From positions 11,887-75,886 of the forward strand of contig JAFGND010000035.1 in NCBI GenBank assembly GCA_016927185.1: 64,000 bases of DNA, given 5' to 3'. Positions within the stretch are counted from its first letter, which is position 1. Each line of letters opens with the position of its first letter. The DNA comes from Candidatus Coatesbacteria bacterium (lineage in GTDB: Bacteria; JAFGND01). Of this stretch, positions 47,301-55,945 are shown piece by piece. Made by a program: the position numbers and the translations under genes. The notes beneath the pieces were generated by a model. The model was not told the DNA's origin, did not search any database, and saw nothing but the letters and a program-made list of their open reading frames with translations.

Positions 47301-49344
47301 TGATGGAACATTAACTGTTAGACGCTATACTCCACCTAATATCACTATAACAAGACCTCCCGCTCAGGGAGCAACAGCAGATACTTCTTATACGATAGAA
47401 TGGACTTATTCATCTTATCAAGGTACTTCCCCGATAGTCAATCTTTATACTGATAATGATGTATCTCCTGGAGGAGAGGTTTTAATAAGAGGTTCTATTC
47501 CTGCTGAAGAACTACTTTATACATGGAAATGTGATAGTATGCCCAATGGATCGTGGTATATCAAGGGAGTAATAGATGATGGATATACTAAGAAAACCTT
47601 TATATTGAATAAGACGAGTAAGTTTTTCAATTTCAGTCAGATTGTCAATAATATTGCCAGACCTGATACTGCTCATGATTACTCAGATGGTAGATTGACA
47701 ATAGATCATTACTATTATACGCCTCCAACTATTACAATAACGGCACCTCCAGCAGATAATGATACAGCTGATGCTTCTTATACAATAAGATGGAATTATT
47801 CTGCTTCGCAAGGAATGGAACCTGTAGTGGATTTATATTATGATTCAGATAATGTAAGAAATGGCAATGAGACCTTGATATCTTCAGGTATTCCTGCAGC
47901 TGATATCTCTTATGACTGGAATATCTCAAGTATGACAGAAGGAGATTATTACATTTTAGGTGTTATAGATGATGGTTATTCTAAATCAAGTAAATACTTG
48001 ATGAAAAACAGAATTGCCAGACCAGATAGTTCATTGGATTATTCTGATGGAACTTTGACTATTCTGCATTATATGCCTCCATCAATCATGGTAACAAGAC
48101 CTCCTGCTCAAGGGGATAGTGCGGATCTCAGCTACAGGATTGAATGGAATTATACCTCATTTCAGGGGACTACTCCAGTAGTGAATCTCTATACTGATAA
48201 TGATAGATCTCCTGGGGGAGAGATACTGATTGCAAGTAATATTCCTGCAGCAAATCTTAATTATACCTGGTCTTGTGATTCAATGCCAGAATGTGAGATT
48301 TATATAAAAGCTGTGATAGATGACCAGAGAACTACTAGTTTTACCAGGAAATTAACTGATGAAAATGGAGTTATTAGTTTCAATGCTTTATTTGAAGGTT
48401 TCATAAAACATCCTGATACAGCTTATGACTATTCAGATGGTACTCTTGAAATAATTCATGCTGGAATGAAAAGAATGTTTACGGGACATACTGATGAAGT
48501 CTATTCAGTAAGCATAAGTTCTGATAGATTATATTTCATGTCAGCAAGTTTAGACCGGACAGCAAGGTATTGGAGAATTTCTGACGGTTCAACAATAAGA
48601 AGTATATCTCATCCTGATGCAGTGTTAAGTGTTTGCATAAGCAAGGATGGAAATTTTGCATTAACTGGTTGTGCAGATGATTCTCTGAGATATTGGGAAT
48701 TATCGACAGGAAACCTGATAAGGACTTTTGGAGGAGATAACGGAAATGTTCTTTCTGTCGATATAAGCTCAAATGATCTTTATGCGGTTTCAGGCAATCA
48801 GAATAACAATGCTTCTTATTGGGATTTATCTACTGGTACGCTTATAAGGGATTTCACTGGTGGGCATACTTCTTATGTTAATCAGGCGAGATTCAGTTCA
48901 GATAGCAATTATATTATCACGGGTGGAGAAGACAATAGAATATGTCATTGGCAGGTGTCAAATGGTTCTCTCCTTGGAACTATGACTGGACATTCTCAAC
49001 CAGTTAATTCTGTCTTCTTGACAAGTGATAATATGTATGCATTATCAGGAAGTCAGGATAACACAGTAGGTTATTGGAATATATCCACTTATACAAATAT
49101 GAATTACTTCACAGGTCATACAAATTCGGTAAATTCAGTTTTTGTAACACCTAACAATAGATTTGTTCTTTCTGGCAGTAGTGATAACAGCTTGAGGTAT
49201 ATAGAAATATCTTCAGGAAACACTGTGAGAACTTTCACAAATCACACTGCTGCAGTCAATTCTGTTGAGATTAGTAATGATGGTAAATATGCTATATCTG
49301 GAAGTTCAGATAATACGATAATTTACTGGCGTTTACCATTTTAA
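44323..49344 (+). CDS. Giant (1673 aa) cell-surface lipoprotein: FN3-like modules, about seven ~115-aa tandem repeats and a C-terminal 7-bladed WD40 beta-propeller
   Basis: Lipoprotein-type signal (LAFVITC). Three HPPNPPY(N/D)P(N/D)P-prefixed FN3-like modules. Repeats carry the (A/K)RPD(T/S)xxDYSDGxLTIxHYxxPPxITxTxPPAxGATADxxYTIxWxY...SPxVxLYxDxDN...GxEVLI...YxWxCDSMPNGSWYIKGVIDD motif. The C-terminus has WD40 blades (GHTDEVYSVSISSD ... SGSSDNTIIYWRL). There is no T9SS CTD. Confidence 0.7.
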   Translation: MNLPKRSVAWVILLFSLAFVITCARDNPFDENGDSYKGPYDVPKLETPANGATLERNSTTLTWKLNNPSGMKVRYEVYLGTDGNLYKANQGFLDSTYFQVSNLEPDEKYRWQIVAISERETNEKSDIWEFTSGRQAENQSPIIEITNPGDHDAYAVTYFDISWYSDDPDGDTCTVTLKYDKDKNPNNGFEGTIIENYPDRKEYRWDVSSVPEGGYYIYALIDDGKSTRSIRPVTINNIKSQNVNLKSNLNKKEVVNEINVLKDGNVSNLNYKRGKLNPTRAILTPKNNTGNISTDIKTPDKIGLTGENYSNSKVIVDRSNKNHPPNPPYNPNPRDGSSNNALQQSLRWDCEDPDGNDLTYDIFFGREGDMVKVADKVPNKNYETQKLTKSTSYKWQIIAFDSRGDSTIGRVWTFTTTNADFEAYDPDPENNAIGIPLDKFVSWDCNDMNATFDVYIGTSQNPQRQSRRQSDKEYDPVLEPDTTYYWKIVSFSSGDSITGPLWSFRTKRANNHPPNPPYDPDPENNATDIPLNKAMTWKCEDPDSFEMGGLLGQSLRKNRRYLNNDLDQRDSLWYSVYFGTTSNPEYVGKVEIAFYKPPEDLSSNTKYYWRIVAHDSQGDSASGSLWNFTTGTQRELWIRVTKPPAGGAEADSLYTIEWEYDAPGSSSPKVSLYYDTDSTQNANEVLIKENILAQDKAYTWNCKEIPEGSYYILAIIDDGLMKTSRYYLKKSSIIDITKPIKKLLKPETSFDYSDGALKLQHYTKPGITITQPPAEGATADSVYRIEWTYNTYEGTSPIVYLYTDNDSIPGGEVLIQAAIPTDSLGYTWNCDSMPNGSWYIKGVIDDRHTGKTTRIIFKLHNNVARPDTTYDYSDGKLTIDHGYYTPPTITVTDPPEEGATADSTYTIKWNFSASQETSPVVDLYYDSDNQRNGNEVLIQTEIPADSLEYEWDLTGLSEGSYYVLAVIDDKHTSSFKYLPKRFIAKPDSSFDYSDGTLTVRRYTPPNITITRPPAQGATADTSYTIEWTYSSYQGTSPIVNLYTDNDVSPGGEVLIRGSIPAEELLYTWKCDSMPNGSWYIKGVIDDGYTKKTFILNKTSKFFNFSQIVNNIARPDTAHDYSDGRLTIDHYYYTPPTITITAPPADNDTADASYTIRWNYSASQGMEPVVDLYYDSDNVRNGNETLISSGIPAADISYDWNISSMTEGDYYILGVIDDGYSKSSKYLMKNRIARPDSSLDYSDGTLTILHYMPPSIMVTRPPAQGDSADLSYRIEWNYTSFQGTTPVVNLYTDNDRSPGGEILIASNIPAANLNYTWSCDSMPECEIYIKAVIDDQRTTSFTRKLTDENGVISFNALFEGFIKHPDTAYDYSDGTLEIIHAGMKRMFTGHTDEVYSVSISSDRLYFMSASLDRTARYWRISDGSTIRSISHPDAVLSVCISKDGNFALTGCADDSLRYWELSTGNLIRTFGGDNGNVLSVDISSNDLYAVSGNQNNNASYWDLSTGTLIRDFTGGHTSYVNQARFSSDSNYIITGGEDNRICHWQVSNGSLLGTMTGHSQPVNSVFLTSDNMYALSGSQDNTVGYWNISTYTNMNYFTGHTNSVNSVFVTPNNRFVLSGSSDNSLRYIEISSGNTVRTFTNHTAAVNSVEISNDGKYAISGSSDNTIIYWRLPF
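46240..48460 (+). repeat. Coding tandem repeat array (about seven diverged ~345-bp units) inside the giant lipoprotein gene
   Basis: A periodic ~115-aa protein motif is visible by eye in the translation (aa ~640-1380). Units are roughly 40-60 percent identical, so they are not recent exact duplicates. Confidence 0.5.
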
Positions 49345-49349
49345 TTAAT

Positions 49350-49382
49350 AGTCAGCAGGGATAACTGCTGACTATGCTTTTT
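49350..49382 (+). terminator. Rho-independent terminator of the giant lipoprotein gene
   Basis: Perfect 9-bp stem AGTCAGCAG / CTGCTGACT with loop GGATAA, followed by ATGCTTTTTACG. It lies 6 nt after the TAA. Confidence 0.7.
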
Positions 49383-49476
49383 ACGAAATTTTTCAGTAAT
49401 TGTGTTTTATTAAAGCAATTTCCCTTTTGGATTGACAAAAAGAGGACTCTATAGCAAGGCAACACAGAATTGACCT

Positions 49477-50394
49477 TTGAACAGGAATGGAATGCGTGCA
49501 GTAAAAGACATTCTTTTATACTACTGTCCCAGGATAGATACAGCACTTAATGAGATATTAGCTATTCCTCCTTCTGAGGAGTTGAATTATCTATATGAGA
49601 GCATGAAATATAGTGTTATGGCTGGTGGAAAGAGGCTGAGACCTATTTTATCGCTTTTATCATATCTAAGCTTAAACAAAAAAGAAGAAGAGAAATATAT
49701 ACCACTTCTTTGCAGTCTTGAATTAGCTCATACTTATTCCCTGATACATGATGATCTTCCATCAATGGATAATGATGATTTAAGGCGTGGAAAAGCAACT
49801 AATCATAAGGTATTTGGAGAAGGCAATGCAATTCTGGCTGGTGATGGGCTGTTAACTCTTGCATTCGAGAATATTGTAAGAAGTGGATGGAAAGCCGGAT
49901 TAAAAGACAGATGTATATTGAATATTATTATATGTTTTTCTGAAGCAATTGGTCCTGATGGTATGGTTGGTGGACAATCAATGGATCTGGCAAGTGAAAA
50001 CAAAATTATAAATGATTTGGATGTTATTAAATCTATACATCTTAACAAAACTGCAAAATTCCTGTCCGCAGCCTCTGTTATAGGAGGCTTGATAGGAGAT
50101 GCTAATGAAGAACAATTGGAAGCTTTGAGAAAATACGGGGAGAAAATTGGTCTAGCTTTTCAAATTATTGATGATATTCTTGATTTAATAGGAGATGAAA
50201 AGACTATTGGAAAGCCAATAAAATCGGACATTAACAAAAACAAAGCAACATATCCTTCAATAGCAGGTTTGGATGAAAGCAGAAAATTGGCATCTATTGA
50301 GATTCAACAGGCAAAACAAGCACTTACTTTACTGCCAGGAGATACTGGTGATTTGGTTTCATTAGCTGATTTCATTTTGGAAAGATCAAAATAA
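49477..50394 (+). CDS. ispA: Polyprenyl diphosphate synthase (farnesyl/geranylgeranyl diphosphate synthase)
   Basis: FARM LIHDDLPSMDNDDLRRG and SARM FQIIDDILD motifs. Confidence 0.8.
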   Translation: MNRNGMRAVKDILLYYCPRIDTALNEILAIPPSEELNYLYESMKYSVMAGGKRLRPILSLLSYLSLNKKEEEKYIPLLCSLELAHTYSLIHDDLPSMDNDDLRRGKATNHKVFGEGNAILAGDGLLTLAFENIVRSGWKAGLKDRCILNIIICFSEAIGPDGMVGGQSMDLASENKIINDLDVIKSIHLNKTAKFLSAASVIGGLIGDANEEQLEALRKYGEKIGLAFQIIDDILDLIGDEKTIGKPIKSDINKNKATYPSIAGLDESRKLASIEIQQAKQALTLLPGDTGDLVSLADFILERSK

Positions 50395-50402
50395 CAGGAG
50401 AC

Positions 50403-52292
50403 ATGGTGGAGAATATCAACTATGAGAAAATTGGTTTCCAGGCGGGATTAGAAATTCATCAGCAGTTACTCACAGATTTAAAGCTTTTCTGTCATTGTCC
50501 TTCATATATCACGAATGAAAAATGTGATGCAGAGATTGTAAGACATATGCGTCCAACTCTTTCAGAATTAGGTGAATATGATGGAACTGCACTAATGGAA
50601 TTTAAGACAAAAAAGAGAATAACCTATCAGCTTTACCATAAATATACATGTACATATGAGATGGATGACACACCTCCATTTCTTCTCAATCAACAAGCTC
50701 TTGATATTGCATTAGAAATAGCAGTTTTACTGGGGTGCTCTATAGTGGATGAAATCCATATTATAAGAAAACAATACCTTGATGGATCAATCCCTACCGG
50801 ATTTCAGAGAACAGCAATAATAGGAGTTGAAGGCTCAATACCATACAGGAACAAGAATATAAGGATAATACAATTGGGTTTGGAAGAAGATTCATGCAGA
50901 GAAGTAAAAGATGTTGGACATGATATAGTATTCAAGACTGATAGATTGGGAATTCCACTAATAGAAACAGTTACATATCCTGATATGTTGACTCCAAAAG
51001 AAGCAGGAGAAGTTGCTGCTTTAATAGGTGATATTGTAAGAGTGACACAAAAGGTTAGAAGAGGCATTGGAAGTGTCAGACAGGATGTTAATGTCAGTGT
51101 TAATGGTGGAACAAGAGTGGAAATAAAAGGAGTGCCAAGAGTAGGTTTAATTCCTGAATTGACACACAATGAAGCAATAAGACAAGTAAATCTTCTTTCC
51201 ATTAGAGATAAACTGCTTTCAACTGGTATTAATTCAATTGCTTTCCAGACATTCAATATCCCTCCAAACTTAAGAAAAGCAAATGGATTTAAGATTTTCT
51301 TCAAGGAAGATGATTCAGTAAAAGGGATCAAACTTAATGGTTTAAAGGAAACACTTGAGAAGCCCACACAGCCTGGTCTCAGATTCAGGGACGAATTATC
51401 TGGAAGAGTAAAAGTCATAGCTTGCCTTGATAGAAAACCTAATATAATGACTGAAGCAGATCTGAGATCTTATAATATAACCGAGGATGTAATAAAGCAA
51501 TTGAAGGAACTCATGCAAATAAGTGACAGAGATGGTTTTGTAATAATCTGGGGTCCTAAAACTGATGTTGAAACAGGTATAAATGAAATCGTCATTAGAT
51601 GTGAAGAGTTGCTTAAAGGCATTCCCAGGGAAACAAGGCAAGCATTGAACAACGGTAATACTGATTTTGAAAGAATTTTACCAGGACCTGACAGGATGTA
51701 TCCTGATACTGATCTGCCTCCAACAGTAATAAGCGAAGAAAGACTTAATAGAATTATTACCAATTTACCGGAACTTCCCTGGGCAAGGAGGAAATATCTG
51801 AGAGATCTTAGATTGCCTAATCATATGGTGGATTTACTAGTTTGTTCAATTTGGATGCCAGTTTTCAAAAAAATAGTAGAAGAGCTAGATATTAATCCGA
51901 TCCTGGTTGGGGTAGTTATTACTGAAATGCTAAAGAATTTAAAACGAAAAGGTTACGATACTAAAAACATAACCTCTGAAATGCTTTTTAATATTTTTGC
52001 ATCATATAAGGAAAAAGCTTTCAGTAAGGAAGCAATCCCGTTAATTCTATTGGAGTTTTGTCAGAAAAATCTGACCTTAAAAACAGTACTTGATAATTTG
52101 GGAATACAAATTGTATCAATAAATCTTGTTAAGATAATAATAAAAGATATCCTCGATAATGATACAAGGAATTACAAAGGAGATAACAGGAAGAAACTAG
52201 ATCATTTAATGGGAGAAGTAATGCAAAAGGTGAGGGGAAGAATAGATGGATCTATAGTATATAGATTGCTGGAGGGAGCTATTTATACCTAA
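50403..52292 (+). CDS. gatE: Archaeal-type glutamyl-tRNA(Gln) amidotransferase subunit E homologue (GatE-like)
   Basis: The N-terminus YEKIGFQAGLEIHQQL...LFCHCPS...RPTLSELGEYD...DDTPP...DGSIPTGFQRTAIIG matches the GatB/GatE cradle domain. A ~200-aa insertion (AspRS-like insertion domain) gives a total of 629 aa, typical of GatE and not of the ~480-aa GatB. The C-terminus is a GatB/YqeY-like helical tail (KLDHLMGEVMQKVRGRIDG). Confidence 0.55.
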   Translation: MVENINYEKIGFQAGLEIHQQLLTDLKLFCHCPSYITNEKCDAEIVRHMRPTLSELGEYDGTALMEFKTKKRITYQLYHKYTCTYEMDDTPPFLLNQQALDIALEIAVLLGCSIVDEIHIIRKQYLDGSIPTGFQRTAIIGVEGSIPYRNKNIRIIQLGLEEDSCREVKDVGHDIVFKTDRLGIPLIETVTYPDMLTPKEAGEVAALIGDIVRVTQKVRRGIGSVRQDVNVSVNGGTRVEIKGVPRVGLIPELTHNEAIRQVNLLSIRDKLLSTGINSIAFQTFNIPPNLRKANGFKIFFKEDDSVKGIKLNGLKETLEKPTQPGLRFRDELSGRVKVIACLDRKPNIMTEADLRSYNITEDVIKQLKELMQISDRDGFVIIWGPKTDVETGINEIVIRCEELLKGIPRETRQALNNGNTDFERILPGPDRMYPDTDLPPTVISEERLNRIITNLPELPWARRKYLRDLRLPNHMVDLLVCSIWMPVFKKIVEELDINPILVGVVITEMLKNLKRKGYDTKNITSEMLFNIFASYKEKAFSKEAIPLILLEFCQKNLTLKTVLDNLGIQIVSINLVKIIIKDILDNDTRNYKGDNRKKLDHLMGEVMQKVRGRIDGSIVYRLLEGAIYT

Positions 52293-53188
52293 TGAATATA
52301 ATTGTAGCAGTTGTAATATTTTTATCCGGAATTCTATATGCTTCTGAAGATATAGTTTTAAAGAATATCCTTAAAAAAGAAGTATCAGGCTATCAGGGTA
52401 TAGTAGGTATTTACTATAAAAATCTTAAAACAAGGAGTACAGTTGAAATAAATGCAAATACTCAATTTCCTGCAGCCAGCATAATTAAAATACCTGTAAT
52501 GATTGCCGCATTTGAAAAAATTAACAAGGGACAGGTGCAAAGAGACAAAAAAGTTACTATTACGAAAAAAGATGTAATTGGGGGAAGCGGTATTTTATAT
52601 AAACAAAGAAATCATGCTGTAGGTCAAGAACGCACTATACTTGATTTGATTACTTTAATGATAATCCTGTCTGATAATATGGCAACAAACAAGATAGTCA
52701 GGATTATAAGCAGGAATTATGTGAATTATATCTGTACAAAATATGGTTTATATAATACGAAAATGAATAGAATGATTTTGGATTTTGCTGCAAGAAATAG
52801 AGGCAGAGAAAACTGGACAACACCTAAAGATATGGGAAAAGCACTGGAGCTGATTCATTATAACAAAGTCTGCAATAGTAATATTTCGAGAGAAATGATG
52901 AGCATCTTGCTGCAACAAAAGATAAGAGGCAGGCTTCCTGGATTATTACCTGCTGGAACTCCAGTAGCTAACAAAACAGGAACTGAGAATTCAATTGTAG
53001 GTGATGTTGGAATTATTTACTCGCCTAAAGGTCCATATTTATGCTGCATTTTAATAAAAGGATTCCCTATAAACAGGTCTGGAAAAGCAAAAAGACAAAT
53101 TGCTGAATTATCCAAAATTATATATGATTACGTGATACAGGAGAAGAATAAATCTAATAAAGAGAACTCACAACTTATAAAGCATTAA
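52292..53188 (+). CDS. Secreted class A beta-lactamase-like serine hydrolase
   Basis: Signal peptide. SxxK (ASIIK), SDN (ILSDNMATN) and KTG (NKTGTE) motifs. The start overlaps the gatE-like stop (TAATG). Confidence 0.6.
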   Translation: MNIIVAVVIFLSGILYASEDIVLKNILKKEVSGYQGIVGIYYKNLKTRSTVEINANTQFPAASIIKIPVMIAAFEKINKGQVQRDKKVTITKKDVIGGSGILYKQRNHAVGQERTILDLITLMIILSDNMATNKIVRIISRNYVNYICTKYGLYNTKMNRMILDFAARNRGRENWTTPKDMGKALELIHYNKVCNSNISREMMSILLQQKIRGRLPGLLPAGTPVANKTGTENSIVGDVGIIYSPKGPYLCCILIKGFPINRSGKAKRQIAELSKIIYDYVIQEKNKSNKENSQLIKH

Positions 53189-53201
53189 AAAAGAGGTAAA
53201 G

Positions 53202-54938
53202 ATGCCTGAATTTCATGATGGTATAGAATTAACAAAGCAAGGAAATACTCATAAGGAAGCTGGTGAATATGAAGAAGCTATCTCTCTATATTTGCAAGCC
53301 AGAGAGAAGCAACCCGATTATCCTGAAAGTTACTATAGTTTAGCACAAACTTATGAAATATTGGGTGAATATGATAAGGCAATTGAAGAATTTCAGAAAA
53401 CAATAGCAATAAAATCTGATCACAGGGAAGCTTATTGGAATCTGGCAGATTTGTTTCTTTTTTTAGGCAGAAATGATGATGCTGAGCAGGTATTACTAAA
53501 GCAAGTCAAGGTGAGGTCTGGATCAATTGAAGCAAAAATGGGTCTGGCTAATTTTTATAAAGAGCAGAATAAATTACAGAAGGCGATTGATACTTATACA
53601 GAGGCAGCTGCTCTTTGGTCTGAAGAAGACGAGCCTTTTCTCAGGCTTGGTTCAACATATATTGATATGGGGCAGATCCAATCGGCTCTTGCAATTTATA
53701 ATGATTTATTAAGCAGAAGACCTGAATCAATAAATATTAGATTGGCATTGGCAAGAGCATATATTCTTGATAAATCTTATGATAAAGCAAGAAAAGAATG
53801 TGGTATTGTTCCAACTATAGTTGATTCTGAAACAGGAAAGAATGTTGCCAGTAATTTACAGATTGTTGAAGCTGAGCAAATTTTGGCTGAAATTCTGGTT
53901 TCGGAAGAGCAACTTGATGATGCAATAAATCAATACAAGAAAGTACTTGAACTCAATCCCAATTCTGCAAAAGCTTACAAGGGACTGGGTAATGTTTATA
54001 TCGCTTTGGAAATAGTGGATCAGGCAGTAGAAATGTATGAGAAATCATTCGAACTAGATCAGAAAGATGTAGAAGTCTGCTGCAATCTAGGGGAATTCTA
54101 TTATGCATTCCAGAAGTATAATGAAGCAGTTGACAAACTGCAGCATGCTCTTGAACTTAATCCAAATCATCCAAGGGTTCTATATGATCTCGGTAATATA
54201 CATTATGACAGACAGGAATATGACCAGGCTATAGAATACTATAATAGAGCTCTGCGAGCTAAAAATACCCGTCTGGCTTTGATTTCAGTTGCTCTTGGAG
54301 CAATATACACTGAATTGGATAGATATGACGAAGCAATTACTCTTTTTGAGAAAGCACTTGAAGTAGACACAAGATGTGAAGAAGCCGTAATTGGTCTTGG
54401 TTCAATATATATAGGACAGAATGAATGGAAAAAAGCAACTGATTTGTATCAGAAATACTTGAATATCATCCCGTATAATCCACAATTATGGAATGATTTA
54501 GGGGTAGTATTCATTTCTACAAAGAAGTTTCAGAGGGCAGAGAAATGCTTCAAAACTGCCATAGAACTTGAACCAAGTTACTCCAGAGCGTGGAACAATC
54601 TTATACAAACATATTTCTATCAGAACCAGCTTGAAAAAGTGATTTCAACAGTAGATGAATACCATAAGATAGGTAGAGACAGATCTGATCTGTTGAGCAT
54701 ACAAGCAGCAGCCCTGATTACAAAAGGTGATTTCCTGAGTGCAGAGAAGATATTGCTTAAAGCCTTGAAAAGAGAGCCCAAAGAGGTTATTGCATGGAGG
54801 AATTTAGCTGTATTATACACCAGATGGGGAAAATATGATAAAGTTGTTAGTACATTGCAGGCACTTGAGAAAATTGAACCATATTTCAAGAATAATATTA
54901 GAAGGAGAATAGCTTTATTTAGGAAGATTATTAGTTAA
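53202..54938 (+). CDS. TPR-repeat protein (about 12 or more TPR units)
   Basis: Recurrent W-LG-Y-A-F-P consensus throughout, 578 aa. Confidence 0.7.
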   Translation: MPEFHDGIELTKQGNTHKEAGEYEEAISLYLQAREKQPDYPESYYSLAQTYEILGEYDKAIEEFQKTIAIKSDHREAYWNLADLFLFLGRNDDAEQVLLKQVKVRSGSIEAKMGLANFYKEQNKLQKAIDTYTEAAALWSEEDEPFLRLGSTYIDMGQIQSALAIYNDLLSRRPESINIRLALARAYILDKSYDKARKECGIVPTIVDSETGKNVASNLQIVEAEQILAEILVSEEQLDDAINQYKKVLELNPNSAKAYKGLGNVYIALEIVDQAVEMYEKSFELDQKDVEVCCNLGEFYYAFQKYNEAVDKLQHALELNPNHPRVLYDLGNIHYDRQEYDQAIEYYNRALRAKNTRLALISVALGAIYTELDRYDEAITLFEKALEVDTRCEEAVIGLGSIYIGQNEWKKATDLYQKYLNIIPYNPQLWNDLGVVFISTKKFQRAEKCFKTAIELEPSYSRAWNNLIQTYFYQNQLEKVISTVDEYHKIGRDRSDLLSIQAAALITKGDFLSAEKILLKALKREPKEVIAWRNLAVLYTRWGKYDKVVSTLQALEKIEPYFKNNIRRRIALFRKIIS

Positions 54939-54948
54939 GGAGGAAAAA

Positions 54949-55944
54949 GTGAAAGCAAAATGGATATATCCTTTAATAATGATTGTTTTTATGACATCAT
55001 GCTATGAGAATTCAACAACAGACACTGGGATTCCTCCTGGAAATATCACATTGAATAATGCAACAGATATAAAAGCAAGGGAAGCTAAACTGACATGGAC
55101 AAAAAGCAAGGGTGGTGGTTTCCAGAACTATCAGTTATATAGAGGAAACTCATCAGGAATAGATATTGATAATGATCTAGTTGGTATATTCTTTGACAGA
55201 GATACAACTGAATTTATTGATTCCAATCTATATCCTGAAACGAAGTATTATTATAAAATGCTTGTATCTGACGGAATAGGGAATACAGTATGGAGTAACG
55301 AAATATCATTAACAACTGCCAAAGATGATTCAGGAGGTAATGATTATACATCCATTTATGAGATACAGTTTACAGAGGATAGTTCAGGGGATTCTCCCTT
55401 GAAAGATCAGGTAGTTACAACTACCGGTATAGTAACTGCCAATTTCTCTGATGTTTCAGGGCATCAGTATATTTTTATAGGTGAAAAACCAGGAGGTCCA
55501 TGGAGAGGTCTTTGCATTTTTTCCAGGAATGCTTCGGAATATGATTGTGCAGAAGGTGATAGTATTGTTGTAAAAGGACAAGTACAAGAATTTAATAACT
55601 TTACTGAAATGAGTAATATTGAGGAGTTCACAGTAATAGAACAAGGGCACAGCATTCCTTTTTCACAGGTAACAACAGGTCAGATAAATGCAAGCAGTAG
55701 TGACGCAGAAAAGTACGAGAGTGTCCTGGTGACTACAGGACAAGTGACAGTAGTCAATCCTGATATGGGTTACGGAGAATTTTCAATTTCAGATGGAAGT
55801 GGAGAAACTATTGTTAACGATTATTTTCAGTTCTCATATACTCCTGTAAAAGATGATGTTTTGAATTATGTAAGGGGAGTTGTTGATTATAGTTACAGTG
55901 CTTATAAGATAGAACCAAGATCTGATGATGATATAGGCAAATAG
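54949..55944 (+). CDS. Lipoprotein with an FN3-like domain
   Basis: Lipobox FMTSC. The FN3-like segment is NITLNNATDIKAREAKLTWT...YQLYRG...ETKYYYKMLVSD. Confidence 0.45.
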   Translation: MKAKWIYPLIMIVFMTSCYENSTTDTGIPPGNITLNNATDIKAREAKLTWTKSKGGGFQNYQLYRGNSSGIDIDNDLVGIFFDRDTTEFIDSNLYPETKYYYKMLVSDGIGNTVWSNEISLTTAKDDSGGNDYTSIYEIQFTEDSSGDSPLKDQVVTTTGIVTANFSDVSGHQYIFIGEKPGGPWRGLCIFSRNASEYDCAEGDSIVVKGQVQEFNNFTEMSNIEEFTVIEQGHSIPFSQVTTGQINASSSDAEKYESVLVTTGQVTVVNPDMGYGEFSISDGSGETIVNDYFQFSYTPVKDDVLNYVRGVVDYSYSAYKIEPRSDDDIGK

Positions 55945-55945
55945 A

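Noticed and set aside
46240-48460. Interpreting the internal repeats of the giant gene as a recent DNA duplication or mobile repeat
   Set aside because: Repeat units are strongly diverged at the protein level (roughly half the residues differ), so they are ancient domain repeats and not recent exact DNA repeats.
52292-53188. Beta-lactamase-fold protein as a glutaminase partner for the GatE-like protein
   Set aside because: The protein has a clear N-terminal signal peptide and class A beta-lactamase motifs (SxxK, SDN, KTG). A secreted enzyme cannot serve as a cytoplasmic amidotransferase subunit, so the 1-nt overlap is probably just compact gene packing.
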